Notes under the pieces: generated by a model
The model's input: the letters and a program-made list of their open reading frames with translations, nothing else
The model's database searches: none
Told to the model about the DNA's origin: nothing
In this document: positions 10,056 to 29,434 of the stretch, in pieces
Layout: every line of letters starts with the position of its first letter
Position numbering within the stretch: the stretch's first letter is position 1
Origin: Stegostoma tigrinum
Taxonomy: Eukaryota
Assembly: GCF_030684315.1 (NCBI RefSeq)
Contig: NW_026728203.1
Location: 1-64,000, forward strand
DNA: 64,000 nt
Reading direction: 5' to 3'
Program-made: the position numbers and the translations under genes

Positions 10056-11078
10056 GCACTTACACAAACCAGTCACATTGTAATTCAGGGCTGATTGATA
10101 GTGATTAGGCCACCACAGTGCACTGTTTGGAGTCACAGGTCAGCCAGATCAGCTCTCCTGCTGAAGATTAATAAACGTAAAAATTGGAACTGCCGATTCT
10201 GCACATGGTATTTGTATTTTAGCTTGATTTTCCACCAGGCATCCTCAGTATTTGTCACCTCTTCGTTGCAGGGTAATAATAGAAATTATCACACAGGGAA
10301 CGAGGTGGGCACCGCTTCATTCGCATGGCCGTTCCTAGACGTTAGCATTCTAAGAGAAGGTAGATTTTTCCTTCTCCTACATGTATAAAGGAAATACTGA
10401 AGAAACTAATTCCCTAGCTCTGGGAACAATGACATGAGCAATTGCTTATGTCAAAGAAAAAAAGAGACTGTGGAAAAGCATTGTATCTTAGTCTTGTAAG
10501 GAGGAATTTTACAAACTACTAAAATCACTAACATCTAGGCATGAGAACAAATTGCTGGAAAACACCTCACTGTCAGGCAACAAAGTCAATCAAGAGATGA
10601 TTGAGTGTCTCATGTCCAGGTTCTGTTCAACCCTTCTCCCTACCAATGCTGCCCAACCTGAGATTTCCCAGCAGGTTGTGTTCCTGGTTTCCAGAATCTC
10701 CTTATTTAAAAGAGATGCAAACACATGGCCAAGGACAGTGCATTAGATCAGTGCCTACCCTTTAGGCAAAGGAATGATTTCAGTCAGTGTATTGATTAGA
10801 AGCTGGTCCTGCAAACTTGTCCCTGTGAGTACATGTCAGTAATGCTGATTTATCTGTCAACAACCTTACCAGTTATGGAATTTCCAATTAAAGGATTGCC
10901 CACTCAATCCCCAGATACAGCAGAATCAAACACTGATCAAGGTACTGGGGCAGGCATTGAATCAAAAGCTTGTCACAAAGAACAAAGGATTGATGATCAG
11001 ACATTAAAACACAAAAAGCTCCAAGAACCAGAAGCTATGAAAATTACACACTGTGCTCAGTTCCATGGTGAACACTAT

Positions 11079-11084
11079 TTTAAT
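11079..11084 (-). terminator. Putative poly(A) signal ATTAAA of gene 2 (same motif at equivalent position in most copies)
   Basis: tttaat on + strand about 73 nt downstream of the stop codon in a conserved 3' block; altered to ATCAAA in gene 3. Confidence 0.5.
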
Positions 11085-11156
11085 TTGCTCAGAGCACAAC
11101 TAGTCATTTAGTAGAATGAGGTCACCTTGTACAACAGATATAGATATTGACCCCAT

Positions 11157-14083
<2,927 letters not shown>

Positions 14084-14387
14084 CTTCACTATTCCCACTC
14101 AAGAAGTGAGTTGCTCTTCCACAAGCTCTGTATTTATAGTCCTGGGACCATCCTGCACTCACCCATGGAGAGGCAGAACTGATGATGACTGACAATTGCT
14201 GCTAGCCAATCAGGAACCACCCATGCATACAGGCACCAATGAGAGAGAGGGGGTGGGTGTGTTAAGCAGAGCTGATCACAGGTGGAGATCATATTCAGGT
14301 CTGGATGGTTATTCTGTGATTGGAACAGCAGGAGGCCATTCAGCATCTCAAACCTGTTGCTCCACTCAATCAGGTCATGGGTCATTT
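14084..14387 (-). promoter_or_regulatory. 5' UTR and promoter of gene 2
   Basis: TATAAATA at 14131-14138 and conserved CCAAT boxes; 5' UTR shorter than in type A. Confidence 0.7.
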
Positions 14388-14481
14388 GTAGAACAAGGTG
14401 TTGAGCTGGATGAACACAGCAGGTCAAGCAGCATCAGAGGAACAGGAAAGCTGATGTTTCAGGTCTGGACACTTCTTCATA
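14388..14481 (-). mobile_element. Penelope-like/hammerhead-type short insertion upstream of gene 2
   Basis: Absent at the same point of A and C promoters (ggtcatttggttc); minus strand reads ATGAAGAAGTGTCCAGACCTGAAACATC..gatgctgcttgacctgctgtgttcatccagc. Confidence 0.55.
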
Positions 14482-17400
14482 AGTTATTTGGCTCTTTTTT
14501 AAAAAGAACTGCATTTGGTTTGAAAAAAGCTTTAACATTTTGTTTCTAAATTAAGGTGGTTGTGACAAACTGCACGAGGAAGTCAATGAAGAAGAGGTGT
14601 CAGTTTCTCAGCCTGTTGTGCTGGGATATGAGACAGAAAGGTGGGAAATTGACTCTGGGTCATAGAAAACTGTGACAGGATCAGACGGGGCAAGGACAGG
14701 AAGGATGTTCCCAATGAGGAGGGGGGGAGGGGGGGGGGGGAAGTCCAGGATCAGGATCAGGGTATCCTGATGTAAGAGGACTGGGTTGGACATTTAAGAC
14801 TGAGAGGAATACAAACCCAAAATTTACAAAAGTTCCTGGGTGGACATTCAGAGGATTTTTAATGACAGAGGCCATTCATCCCATCATGTCCGTATCGGCT
14901 TCCGAAAGAGCTACCCACCTAGGCCCCCTCCCCAGCCCTATACCCTCTATATTCGTCACTTCCAAGTATATATCCAGCTCTTGTTTTGAAGCCACCTATG
15001 GGATCTACCTCCGCCACTCTCCCAGGCATCAGATTCCAAATCCTAACAACCTTCTGAATAGAGAGGTTTGTTCTCATCTCAGAGCTCCATTACTGACAAA
15101 CTGTGACCCCCTCATTACTGCCATAATCAACTGGTGAAAACAGAATGTCCTCCTTTACCCTGACAGAATTGTTCATTATTTTGATCACTTCAACAGAGTC
15201 ACCTCTTAAACATTTATGCTCCAAGGAGATTTACCCCAATTTCTTCCATCTTTCCTTGTATCTGAAACACCTCATTCCTGGTGTCATTCTCGTAAATGCC
15301 CTTTGAACTCTGTCCAGGGCTTTAATGTCCTTCCTTAAATACCATGCCCAGAACTGAACACAACACTGCACATGTGGTCTAACCCATGATTTGTACAGGT
15401 GTAACATCTATTCTTCGCTTTTATACTCTCTGCGTCCATTTGAAAACACACATTTCACAAAAGCCTTCTCATCGCAGCTTTATCCCGCTCAGCCACTTTC
15501 CAGTAATCACATACTTGAAACCCAAAGTCCCTCTGCTCTTGTACTCGCCTCAGAATTGAAACATCGAGCCTGTTTTGTCTTTCTACGTTTGTTCAAGCAA
15601 AATGCATTCATCTTTTATGTTCATATTGGAAAGCAATTGGCAACATCAAATCTGACCAAATAAAAATGTATCTGCTGATTCACATATTATCCTTTCCAAA
15701 ACGAAGCTGTTTTTGGCTTTATCATAGATGATTTACTTCTAATGCGAGGATTGTAATCATATTCCCCACTCTTAGTCCTAGATGAGGATTGAAAAGAAGC
15801 AGGATCTCTCTATGTACCCTGTCAAATGCATTAATCCACTTTGAAACTTGAAGCACAGACGTCCTTTACACTTCTACACAGAGGGGCTTGGGCAAAGTAT
15901 TATCATCGTAACCAATTAACTTTCTGTCCGGGGGCATTCCAGAAATTCTGTTCATAACGATCTTTGCGTCCAACCTGCTCGAACTGTGCACTCCAGATAT
16001 GTTTGAACTAGAACAAAAGAACCTCCACGCTGAGATATTTGAACTGGTCCGAGATCAGGCCTAACATTAGATTCGCGAATGTGGTGGCTTGCCTTCTTGA
16101 ACTGTTGTTGATTTAGTGGAGGCAGATCCCCAATGCTCCTGGTGAGGCAATGGCAGCATTTTGATCCACCAACACTGGATGAATGGGGGCTTTGGAAGGT
16201 GTTGTCTAAGAAGATTTGGTGGATTTCTACAGCATTTGTTAGACGGCACATATTGTAGTCCCTGTGTGTCAGTGGCGGAAAGAATGAATCTCGCGGCTGC
16301 TCTGAGCTGGAGGCTCTTAAGCTCCTGGCGTGTTGGACCGATACCCGTTGACCTGATTCTGTCTGAACAACTCTCTTCTGGCAATAAGAACCTAATAATG
16401 AGCTTGACAATCATTGCTTGGAGCTGGAGGCCATCAAGTTTTTGGAGTGTTGGCCTGATCTCCTGATTCTATCTGACACCGCTCTGGAATTAAGAAGGTA
16501 ATGAGGAGCATTCAATTCAGTGTCAAAAACCCATCCTTACCGAGCCTGGCCTGCATATGACCCTGCAAGCACAGCGATGTGTGCACCTCTGACCTGGCCT
16601 TGTGGCAATTTGAAATGGATAATAAATGCTGTCAGCTCCGAGACATCCACATCCTTTTAATAGAGGAGACTGTCACCCCTGAACATCAGGAACAAGGCAG
16701 GCACAGAGCAGTGCATGTGCTGGCACATGCAGGTCAGTTGAGAGCAGGAGAGCTGATTTCATTGAAAATAAAGAGCTAAAGATTGGAACTGCTGATTTCT
16801 CCTCGTGGTATTTGGGTTCTAACTTTACTTTCACCTGGTGTTCTTAGCCTATGTAATCTTTACGTTGCAGAGCACTGAGAAGTTGTGCCACACCTGCTCC
16901 AAGATGGGCACTGCTGCCTTGACTAACAGGTCATTCTCTCTGGCGAGTGCACGCATGAGAGCCTGAGACAAGTGAAAACAAGTTTTCTCATTCTCTTACA
17001 GGCAGCCATGAGACTCACTCCTTCCACCAGTGATAAAGGAGCAAAGGAAATGGGAGCGAAACCACTTGTATCCTTTGTAGATAAGCAATTGCTAAAGAGA
17101 TCAGTGCATCTTCCAGGCTAAATTTTTTTTACTTTACATTCACTTTGCAAACAAGAATATAGGCTCAAATCATTAGACTCCAAGTGCTAGAAAAAGTCAC
17201 AGGTGTGGCAACATCTGTCAGGAGATGATAATGTGTCTCAGGTCCTGGGACTGAACAGTTCTTCCCCCAGGTGCAGCCAAACCTGAGATTTCCTGCAGCT
17301 GCTTATTCCAATGAGACCTGAACATTGCACAGGGCAGGGCTCCAGTTCAGTTCCCAACACTTAGCTTGACTGAGACCAGTCCCCTGCCTATTGACTAGAA

Positions 17401-17735
17401 GCTGGTCCTGAAAAGTTGTTTGGCTAGTAAACAGTGTTGTACTGACAAAAAAAACCCAAACACTTGTGGGATTTCCACTACATTGATTGCTGACTGAATT
17501 CGTACAGACAAAAGAGGAGCAAACTACTGGGGCAGGCATTGAATTAAAGGTTAATCAGAAGTAACAGAAAAGGATTTAATGATCAGGTGTGCAAACAGCA
17601 ATACCAAGAGCCAGAAGCAGCTGTGAAATTAGGCAAAGTACTCAGTTCCATGGTGAACACTATTTTGATTTGCTCAGCACAACCGAGTTACTAGCATTAT
17701 GTCACCATGTACAACAGACACATTATTGACCCCAT

Positions 17736-20123
<2,388 letters not shown>

Positions 20124-20445
20124 CTTCACTATTCCTGCTCACAATCACAAGGACAACTCTGGAACAAAGGCCTCAATCCCCAAAGCTGTTGTGTTTCTAC
20201 TCCTGAGACAACCGGCACTCACCCAGAGGGAGACCGAACTGATGATGACTGACAGTTGCTGCTGGCCAATCAGGAACCACCCCTGCATACAGGCACCAAT
20301 GAGAGAGAGGGGGAGGGTGTGTTAAGCAGAGCTGATCAGAGGTGGAGATGAGAGTCAGGTCTGGATGGTTATTCTGTGATTGGAACAGCAGGAGGCCATT
20401 CGGCATCTCAAACCTTCTGCACCACTCACTCAGGTCAGAGATCAT
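20124..20445 (-). promoter_or_regulatory. Promoter of gene 3, TATA box degenerate
   Basis: TAGAAACA at 20192-20199 replaces TATAAATA; upstream TGACTGACAG/CCAAT block conserved. Confidence 0.65.
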
Positions 20446-22238
20446 TTGGTTCTTTTCTGAAAGAAGTAAATATGGTTTGAGAAAAGATTGCTCGTTTTGT
20501 TTTTAAATTATGGTGGTTGTGATCAACTGCAGAAGGGACTCATTGAGGAAGGGGAGTGTCAGTTTCTCAGCCTGTTGTGCTGGGATTTGGGAAAGAAAGG
20601 TGGGAAATTGGCTCGGGGTCATCGAAAATTGTCATAGTGTCAGCTGTGGAAAAGACAGGACGGATGTTCCTGATGATGGAAAAGTTTAGGACCAGGGGTC
20701 ACAGCCTAAGGACACATTTAGGACTGAGATGAGGAGAAATCTCTTCACCGAGAGAGTGGGGGTCCTGTGGAATTCTCTGCCACAGAAAACATTTGAGGCC
20801 AAAACTTTGAATTTTTTCCAGGAGCAGTTGGGTGTAGCTTTGAGGGCTGAAGGGATCAAAGAGTATGGAGAGAGAGTGGGAAGATGGGACTGAGTTATGG
20901 AATCAGCCACAATCACATGGAATGGCAGAGCAGTCTGGAGGGGTCTGAATGGCCGAATCCAACAATTTTTTTTCGATGATTCTAAGTTTGTACAACCAGT
21001 GCAGCCAGGGTATTGTGATTCAGGGGTAATGTCCCTAGCTGTGGACCAGGAAGCCTTGGTCCAAGTCCATACCAGATCCAGAGATTTTGTAACATCTCTA
21101 CAGGCAGAATTAGAAAACAACCAGAACAGGTGCAGGCACAAAGGACCGAATGGCCGCCTGCTGTGCCACAACAATTCTCCGATTCTGTGATGGGTCTGTA
21201 CCTGAGCAGCATCTCCCTGCCTCCAGCTCCTGCCTGTGGATTGTCACCTCGCAGTGATGGAGAGCCTCGAGTGTTCTGTTGGTTCTGAGAGTGATACCTG
21301 AAGAGGATTTCACCTCCTGGCAGGGCCACCCAGGACGGTACGATCGAGGGGAGGGTCCTGGTAAAGTGCAATGCAAAACAAGTTCCCAACGGCCATCCAG
21401 GTGGAAGATAGGCGTGTGCTATCGTTGGCTGTGACGGTGGGTGAAGGTCAGCAGTGGGGGGATCCCCAGTCAACATTTCTTTGCCAGTGGAACTGGGTCT
21501 ACCTTGTGTAAAGGACCATGTCTCTGCTGATGTGTAACAGCTTTCCCACATTAAAGGTGCCTTGTACAGGTGCCCACTGAGAGGAGTACAAAGCCCCTCT
21601 CCAAACTCTGAGAATTTCCTGGGGGAACATGCAGAGGATTTTTAATGATAGGAGGCCATTTGGCCCATCGTGCCTGATTCAGTTTCTGAAAGCATTCCAC
21701 ACCCAGCCCCACTCTCCAGCCCTATGTCTGTATCCCTCTAAATTTGCCACTTCCATATATGTATACAGCTGCTTTGCTAAAGCCACCTACGGAATCTGCG
21801 TCCATCACTCCTGTCAGCTACGCATACCAAACCCTACCAACTTTCTGAGTGAAGAGGTTTCTCCTCCTCTCACTGTGAGCTCCCTCACTGACAAATTGTG
21901 ACCCCTCGTCACTAACGTATCCACTGGTGAAAACAGAATATCCCCCTTTACCCTGACAGAATTGGTGATAATTTTGATCACTTCAACAAGTGCTCCTTGC
22001 TCCAAGGAGAATAAGCGCTATTTCTTTAATCTTTCCGTGTGTCTGAAATTCCCCATTCCAGGTGTCATTATTATAAATCACCTTTGAACTCTGTCCAGGG
22101 CTTGAATGCCCTTCCTTAAAAGCCACGCCCAGAACTGAGCACATCACTGCAAATGTGGTCTAACCAATGAGTTGTAGAGGGGTATCATCAATTCCTTGCT
22201 TTTATGCTCGATGCCTCAATTTGAAAACACAAGGTTCA

Positions 22239-23428
22239 TAGAACAATACAGCGCAGAACGGGCCCTTCGGCCCTCGATGTTGCGCCGACCTGTGAGCTAA
22301 TCCAAGCCCCACCTCCAACACAATCCCGTCACCATCCATATGCTTATCCAAGGACTGTTTAAATGCCCCTAACGTGGCTGAGTTAACTACATTGGCAGGC
22401 AGTGCTTTCCACGCCCTTACCACTCTCTGAGCAAAGAACCTGCCTCTGACAAATGTCTGAAATGTATCACCCCGCAATTTGTAGCTATGCCCCCTTGTAC
22501 AAGTTGAAGTCATCATCCTCGGAAAAAGACTCTCACTGTCCACCCTATCTAATCCTCTGATCATCTTGTATGTCTCTATTAAATCCCCTCTTAGCCTACT
22601 TCTCTCCAATGAGAACAGATCCAAGTCCCTCAGCGTTTCTTCATTGGGCCTGCGCTCCAGACCAGGCAACATCCTGGTAAATCTCCTCTGCACCTTTCCC
22701 AATGCTTCCACATCCTTCCTGTAATGGGGTGACCAGAACTGCACGCAATATTCCAAATGAGGCCGCACTAGCGTTTTGTACAGTTGCAGCATGACATCAC
22801 GGCTCCGGAACTCAATCGCTCTACCAATAAAACCTAACACACGGTAAGCCTTCTTATCAGCATTATCAACCTGGGTGACAACTTTCAGGGATCTATGTAC
22901 ATGGACACCAAGATCCATCTGCACATCCACACTGCCAAGAATCTTTCCATTGACCCGGTATTCTGCCTTCCTGTTATTCCCCCAAAATTGAATCAACTCA
23001 CATTTATCTGCATTGAACTCCATTTGCCACCTTTCAGCCCAATTCTGCAGTTTATCCAAGTCTCCCTGCAACGTGCAACATTCTTCCACCCCGTCCACCA
23101 CTCCACCGACTTTAGTGTCATCTGCAAACTTACTAACCCATCCACCTATGCCTGCGTCCAAGTCATTTATAAAAATGACAAACAGCAGTGGTCCTAAAGC
23201 AGATCCTTGAGGCACACTACCAGTGACCTGACTCCAGGCTGGATATTTTCCATCAACCACCACTCGTTGCCTTCTTACAGAAAGCCAGTTTCTAATCCAA
23301 ACTGCTAAATCTCCCTCAATCCTCTGCCTCTGTATTTTCTCCAATAGCCTACCATGTGGAACCTTATCAAAGGCTTTACTGAAGTCCATGTACACCACGT
23401 CAACTGCCCTTCCCTCATCCACATGCTT
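22239..23428 (-). mobile_element. 5'-truncated young CR1 (RT half of ORF2)
   Basis: ORF 22202-23422 with DFSKAFD, PQGSALGP, FADD; GGTTCA repeated at 22233-22238 and 23429-23434; empty site near 4300 (caaggttcacaaa). Confidence 0.92.
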
Positions 23429-25819
23429 GGTTCACCACAGCCTTCTCAATAACAGCATCATCTTGGCTGGTCACTTTCAGATAATCACATACTTGAAACC
23501 CAAAGTCTCTCTGCTCCTGTACTCACATCAGATTTGGAACATTGAGCCTGTTTTGTCTTTCTATGTTTCTCAAACAAAATGTGTTATTCACATATTTTTA
23601 GTGTTGAAATTAGAAAGTGATTGTCAAAGTCAAGCCTTACCCAATAAACATCTAACAGCACGTGCACATATTATCTTCTCCACAAAGAAGCTGTTTTTGA
23701 CACTATCCTGGATGATTTAGTTGTAATGTGAAAATTATAATCCTATTTTGCACACAGTCCTCAATGACCATAGACAAGAAACAGATTCTGTCTGTCCACT
23801 CTGTCAAATCCATTAATCCTCTTTGAAATTTCAAACACAGCCATCCCTTAACCTTCTACACAGAGGGACTGGGACAAACTGTTATCATCAATGAACCAGC
23901 TCTCTGTCCAAGTTCATTCCAGAAATTCTGTGCATAACCATCTTTGGGTCGAAGCTGTTAGAACTGAGCACTCCAGCTGTGGTTGAGCTAGAACTTGACA
24001 ATTTCACAAAAGAACCATCAGCCAGAGGTAGTTGAAACCCTCGGAGATCAGGCCTAACATTAGATGAGAAAATGTGGTGGCTTGCGTTCTTGAATTGCTG
24101 TTGCCCATTTGGTGTAGGCAGATCCCCAATGCTGTTCGGGAGGGAATTCCAGGATTCTGATCCAGCACACTAGGGGAATGGGACCATGTTTCCAACTCAG
24201 GATGGTGAATGGCTTGGTGTAGAACTTAGAGGCGGTTGTGTTCCATGTATTTGCTGCCCTTGTCCCATGGCAAGTAATGGGGGCTTTGGAAGGTGTTGTC
24301 TAGGGAGCTTTGGTGGATTTCTACAACATTTGGTGATAGTACACATTGCAGTCCCTGTGTGTCAGTGGTGGAAGGAGTGAATCTCGTGGCTGCTCTGAGC
24401 TGGCAACTGTTAAGCTTCTGGAGTGTGGGACTGATGCCCATTGTCCTGATTCTGTCTGAAAAACTCTCTTTGGGCATTATGAACCTAAAAATGAGCATGC
24501 AATTCCTAGTCTGAATAAAATATCCTTTTCACTGAAGTCATTCAGGGAAGGGAACTGCCAAACTGCCATCCTTACCTGGTCTGGCCAGTATATGACACCA
24601 AGCCTAAAGCACTGTAGTTGACTAATGGGCCCATGGGCAGTTCAGACAGAGGATAAATGCTGCCTGGTCAGTGACATCCTTATCCTGTCAAGGAATTGTC
24701 AGTGGTCACCCATTAGAAACCAGTGACTGATTGTGATTGACAGCAATGAGCTAGACCCAATGCAGCGTGTGTGGAGCCACATGGAGGCCAGATTACATCA
24801 GAAAGCTGATTTTCTTCACAATTAAATGTAAAGGAAATTGGAACTACTGACTTCTGCAAGTGGTATTTTGGTTTTTGCTTTATTGTCATCAGGTGTCCTC
24901 AGCATTTGTCACCTTTGCATTGCAGAGCAAGGACAGGAGTTACAGCAGATGCTTTAGAAGGTGGGCACTGCTTCATTGCCTAATAGAGGCCATAGTCATT
25001 AGCATTGTCAGGGAGAAAGCAGAGCTTTCATTCTACTGAATGGAAAGGACATACTAGAGAAACAATTCTCTAGCTCAGGAAACATGTAAATGGTAAGCAA
25101 TTGCAGAAAAGCAGGTGTACCTTGCACGATTGGTCAACTTTATATCCTTGTAATGAGGAATTTTGTGACCTATTAAAGTCAGTAGGATTTAAGCAAGAGA
25201 ACAAGTAGGTGCAAAACACCTCATGGCCTGGCAACAAAATCAGTCAAGAGATAAACACGTGTCTCGTGTCCCGGTTCTGTTCAACACTTCTCACTACCAA
25301 ACCTGAGATTTCCCAGCAGCTTTTGTTCCTGGTTTCCAGTGTCAGCTTGGTTTTTCCAAAAATGCTGAAGATTGAATGAATGGACAGGCCTTGGCAATGC
25401 CTAATGTTTAGGCACAGGACAGATTTCAGTCATGGTTTTGAGCCGAAGCTGGTCCTGAAAAATTGTCCTGGGAAAGCTGAGGACAGATTTTGTTCTGGCA
25501 TTGTCTGCAATGCAGATATTTGCCAGTTGTGGCATTTCCAAGGACAAGATTGCCCACTCAATCCCTACAGACTCTCAGCAGAAGCAAACACCGAGCAAAT
25601 TACTGGGGCAGGCATTGAATCAAAGGTTGCAAGAAAGAACAGAAAATGGATTTGATTACCAGATGTTAAAACACAAAAAACCTCCAAGAACCGGAAGCTA
25701 TGAAAATTACACACTGTACTCAGTTCCATGGTGAACACTCTTTTAATTTGCTCAGAGAACAACTAGTCATTTAGTAGAATGAGGTCACCATGTACAACAG
25801 ATATAGATATTGACCCCAT

Positions 25820-28228
25820 TCAACGGAGTGGCAGCCTGTCAAACATGTACTCTCCCATGCCATTGTCAGGGGCTCCCAGTCTCTTCAGGTTGGTGATGTG
25901 ATCTCCCAGCTTCTTGATCATCTTCACTTGCTTATCCAAGTAGTGCCTCTCCATGAAATCACAGCTGGAAGACAAAATTAATCCAACAAGGATCAAAAAA
26001 TGTCAGTGACCTCCCATGACAGAAGTGACCATCACCTCACTATGGGGGAGGGGCATGCAAGTGATGCCTTCACAAGGTTTTGTTTAAACATCCTGCAGGA
26101 GGCAGAGAGAAAAATAATTGGATTCCCCACCCTGGAAGTACACAAACAGATCACTTTCTTCCAGGAAAGGGATAAAACCTCACATGAGGGTCTATGTGGT
26201 CAGAGGCAAGTTTGTGCAGATCCAGCAGACTCTGGTTCACATCCTTCTCCATCTGCAGAGCTCTCTGCATCACCTCCAGACCATTGCCCCACTCATCCTG
26301 CTCTGGCTTCTGAAGGGAGGGAAGCAGGAACAGAAAGCACAGCTCAGCAGGCAGTTCTATCATTAGTCTACATCTGATCAGTTAGTTATCCCTCATCATT
26401 TCCAGGGGTTACATTCAGACAAAAAATTTTACTTGGATACAAAAACCCTCTAGATTTTATGCTGGTCTGAGAATAAAGAAATGTTAACATATCCCACTGT
26501 TACTGTGAATTCTGAAAGAAGTCGTATCTAGAATCAGTCGCAATGGAAGTAATCCCTTGCTTTACTGTTTGATGTAGTGACCAGAATGGTCCCAAGGCAT
26601 TACAAACCTCTTCTGGATGTAGTGAGGTTGGATGCTGCTGCTTTTTGTAGCTGCAAGTTCTCAGCCTTACCTTTTGTTACCTCACCTTGTCCATATAGAG
26701 TCACATACAGGGACATGTGCTCACCATCCAGTAGCCTGGATCATCAGAATTGCCTTCTGCTATTGAGTCACAAATGCAAAGTATTTCCCTTTTCCCTAAA
26801 CAAATCCTGTTTTGGTGAACAACTTGCCCTTGACATAGTATTTGATCAATCCTGAAGCTAAATAGATGGAGATACCAGTCGATTGTAGCTGCTCAAAAAG
26901 CTGCAAACAGACAGACATTCTCAGAATCCAACCTTGATGTCCTGCAGGAGGACTCAGCCTCCACGTTTATTCTGGAATGCCATCAGTTTCTCAGCATGTT
27001 CCCGCTCCTCATGGGACTGCTCCTTGAAGAACTCAGCAAAGTGATGGAGGGCAACATCATCCCGGTCAAAGAGAGAGAACTGCAAACAGACAAAATGGGA
27101 AGTAAATTTCACTCAATTCAGCTTGGTTTTGCTCACGAAATGGAAGTTAGATGGACAGTAAGAAGACAGGTATTTACATTTATGGTCATCCATAAACTAA
27201 ACTAGACAGACATTTGTTCAAACATCTAGAAATAAAGATTAAGTAGCACCCGCTACAACCGCTGGTCGGTGACTTGGTGAGACAGTGCACGGTGACGGTC
27301 ACAGCTGGCAACAGGCATTAGACATCCCTGCACTGCAGGTCAGAAACACTATTACCCAGTGCTGGAAGCCAATCAGGGCATTGTCCAACAGAACGAAGGG
27401 ACATGTGCATGTTGACCAAGAGAAGCTGAAATCTGAGCTCCTCACATTACCAACATCACTCATCTGATTTAGCCCCACTGTCCTAACACCTCATCTGCAC
27501 AGAGACAGTGACTGATTTTTGTTCCAGATAATCCATCTTGGGAGTGGAAAAAGTCTGCTCCTCATAATTAGCAACTAAAAACCATGAAGGAAAGGTCACT
27601 GGACCAAAAACAGGAACTTATTTCTCACCACAGATCCTACCAGACCCACTAAGCTTTTCCAGCAGCTCATTTTAGTCTTTTATTTCCAGTAGTTAATCAC
27701 AGTTAGGATGCTTATTAAAAAAAAGGCTTCATTAAAAGGACAAGATATAAAAAGTTAGATTTGGACTGATGCAGGCTTCCACAAGGATGTAAATGATTTC
27801 AAATATAAATGGGCCATTGATATCAACATGGAAGGAGGAGTTGAATTGAGAAGCAGAACCAGGCCATCCCTCAGCACCAAAAATGTGCTCTGCCCAGAAT
27901 TACAACATACTGGGGACTCCTAGACAAGAGCCAGCTCCAACACAAGACAAGCTTAAAATTGCTACAGAATTAGTATTAAGAGCACTCACAGGATTCATTC
28001 CAGGAAGGACAACAGACAAGATATATGGTAGTACTAAATCATTGAGCAAGAAGCCACTTAAAGGCTCAGTACAATCATATCACAGCCCTAACACTGAAAT
28101 AGACCATTCAAGATCACAAGTCTCACCATGGAGAGGTAAACATAGGAGGAATAAAGCTCCAGGTTGATCTGTTTGTTCACAGCATCCTCACAGTCCTTGT
28201 GGTAGGTCTGACACACTTGGGAGGCCAT
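25820..28228 (-). pseudogene. Ferritin pseudogene, gene 4 (type D)
   Basis: Exons 28127-28228, 26933-27079, 26184-26309, 25820-25964; in-frame TGA (CGA>TGA) at 26954-26956; 2-bp deletion at the start of exon 4 giving CTG TGA; promoter deletion near 28362. Confidence 0.9.
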
Positions 28229-29434
28229 CATCACTAGCCTTGTTCATTAAAACCAAGACCACCCTAGAACTGAGTTGCTCCCCGACAAGCTCTGTATTTA
28301 TACTCCTGGGGGCCATCCCGCACTGACGCAGAGAAGGGCAGAACTGATGATGACTGGCAATTGAAAAAAGCTTTAACATTTTGTTTCTAAATTAAGGCGG
28401 TTGTGACAAACTGCACGAGGAAGTCAATGAAGAAGAGGTGTCAGTTTCTCAGCCTGTTGTGCTGGGATATGAGACAGAAAGGTGGCAAATTGGCTCTGGG
28501 TCATAGAAAACTGTGACAGGATCAGACGGGGCAAGGACAGGAAGGATGTTCCCAATGATGGGGGAGTCCAGGATCAGGGTATCCTGATGTAAGAGGACTG
28601 GGTTGGACATTTAAGACTGAGAGGAATACAAACCCAAAATTTACAAAAGTTCCTGGGTGGACATTCAGAGGATTTTTAACGACAGAGGCCATTCAGCCCA
28701 TCATGTCCGTATCGGCTTCCGAAAGAGCTACCCACCTAGTCCCCCTCTCCAGCCCTACACCCTCTATATTCGTCACTCCCAAGTATATATCCAGCTCTTG
28801 TTTTGAAGCCACCTATGGGATCTACCTCCGCCACTCTCCCAGGCATCAGATTCCAAATCCTAACAACCTTCTGAATAGAGAGGTTTGTCCTCATCTCAGA
28901 GCTCCCTTACTGACAAATTGTGACCCCTCATCACTGCCGTATCAACTGGTGAAAACAGGATATCCTCCTTTACATGCCAGAATGTTCATTATTTTTGTCA
29001 CTTCAACGGGGACACCTCTTAATCAACTATGCTTCAAGGAGATTTATCCCAATTTCCTTCATCTTTCCTTGTATCTGAAATCCCTCATTCCTGGTGTCAT
29101 TCTCGTAAATGCCCTTTGAACTCTGTCGAGGGCTTTAATGTCCTTCCTTAAATACCATGCCCAGAACTGAACACAGTACTGCAAATGTGGTCTAACCCAT
29201 GATTTGTGGAGGTGTAACATCTATTCCTCGCTTTTATACTCTCCGCATCTATTTGAAAACACACATTTCACAAAAGCCTTCTTCATAGCAGGTTAGTCCC
29301 GCTCGGCCACTTTCAGATAATCACATACTTGAAACCCAAAGTCCCTCTGCTCCCGTACTCACCTCAGATTTGTAACATCGAGCCTGTTTTGTCTTTCTAT
29401 GTTTCTCAACCAAAATGCATTAATCTTTTATGTT

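Noticed and set aside
11040-11066. CAGTGT hexamer (minus strand) 3' of B/D-type genes as a possible 3' IRE
   Set aside because: Flanks GAGCA and GTAAT do not pair into the 5-bp upper stem, and it lies beyond the putative poly(A) signal.
14154-14160. TGCACTC metal-response-element core next to the gene 2 TATA box
   Set aside because: Single 7-mer not conserved in the other copies.
26954-26956. In-frame TGA in gene 4 as selenocysteine or readthrough
   Set aside because: It replaces an Arg CGA at a CpG, and the gene has an independent frameshift and promoter deletion.
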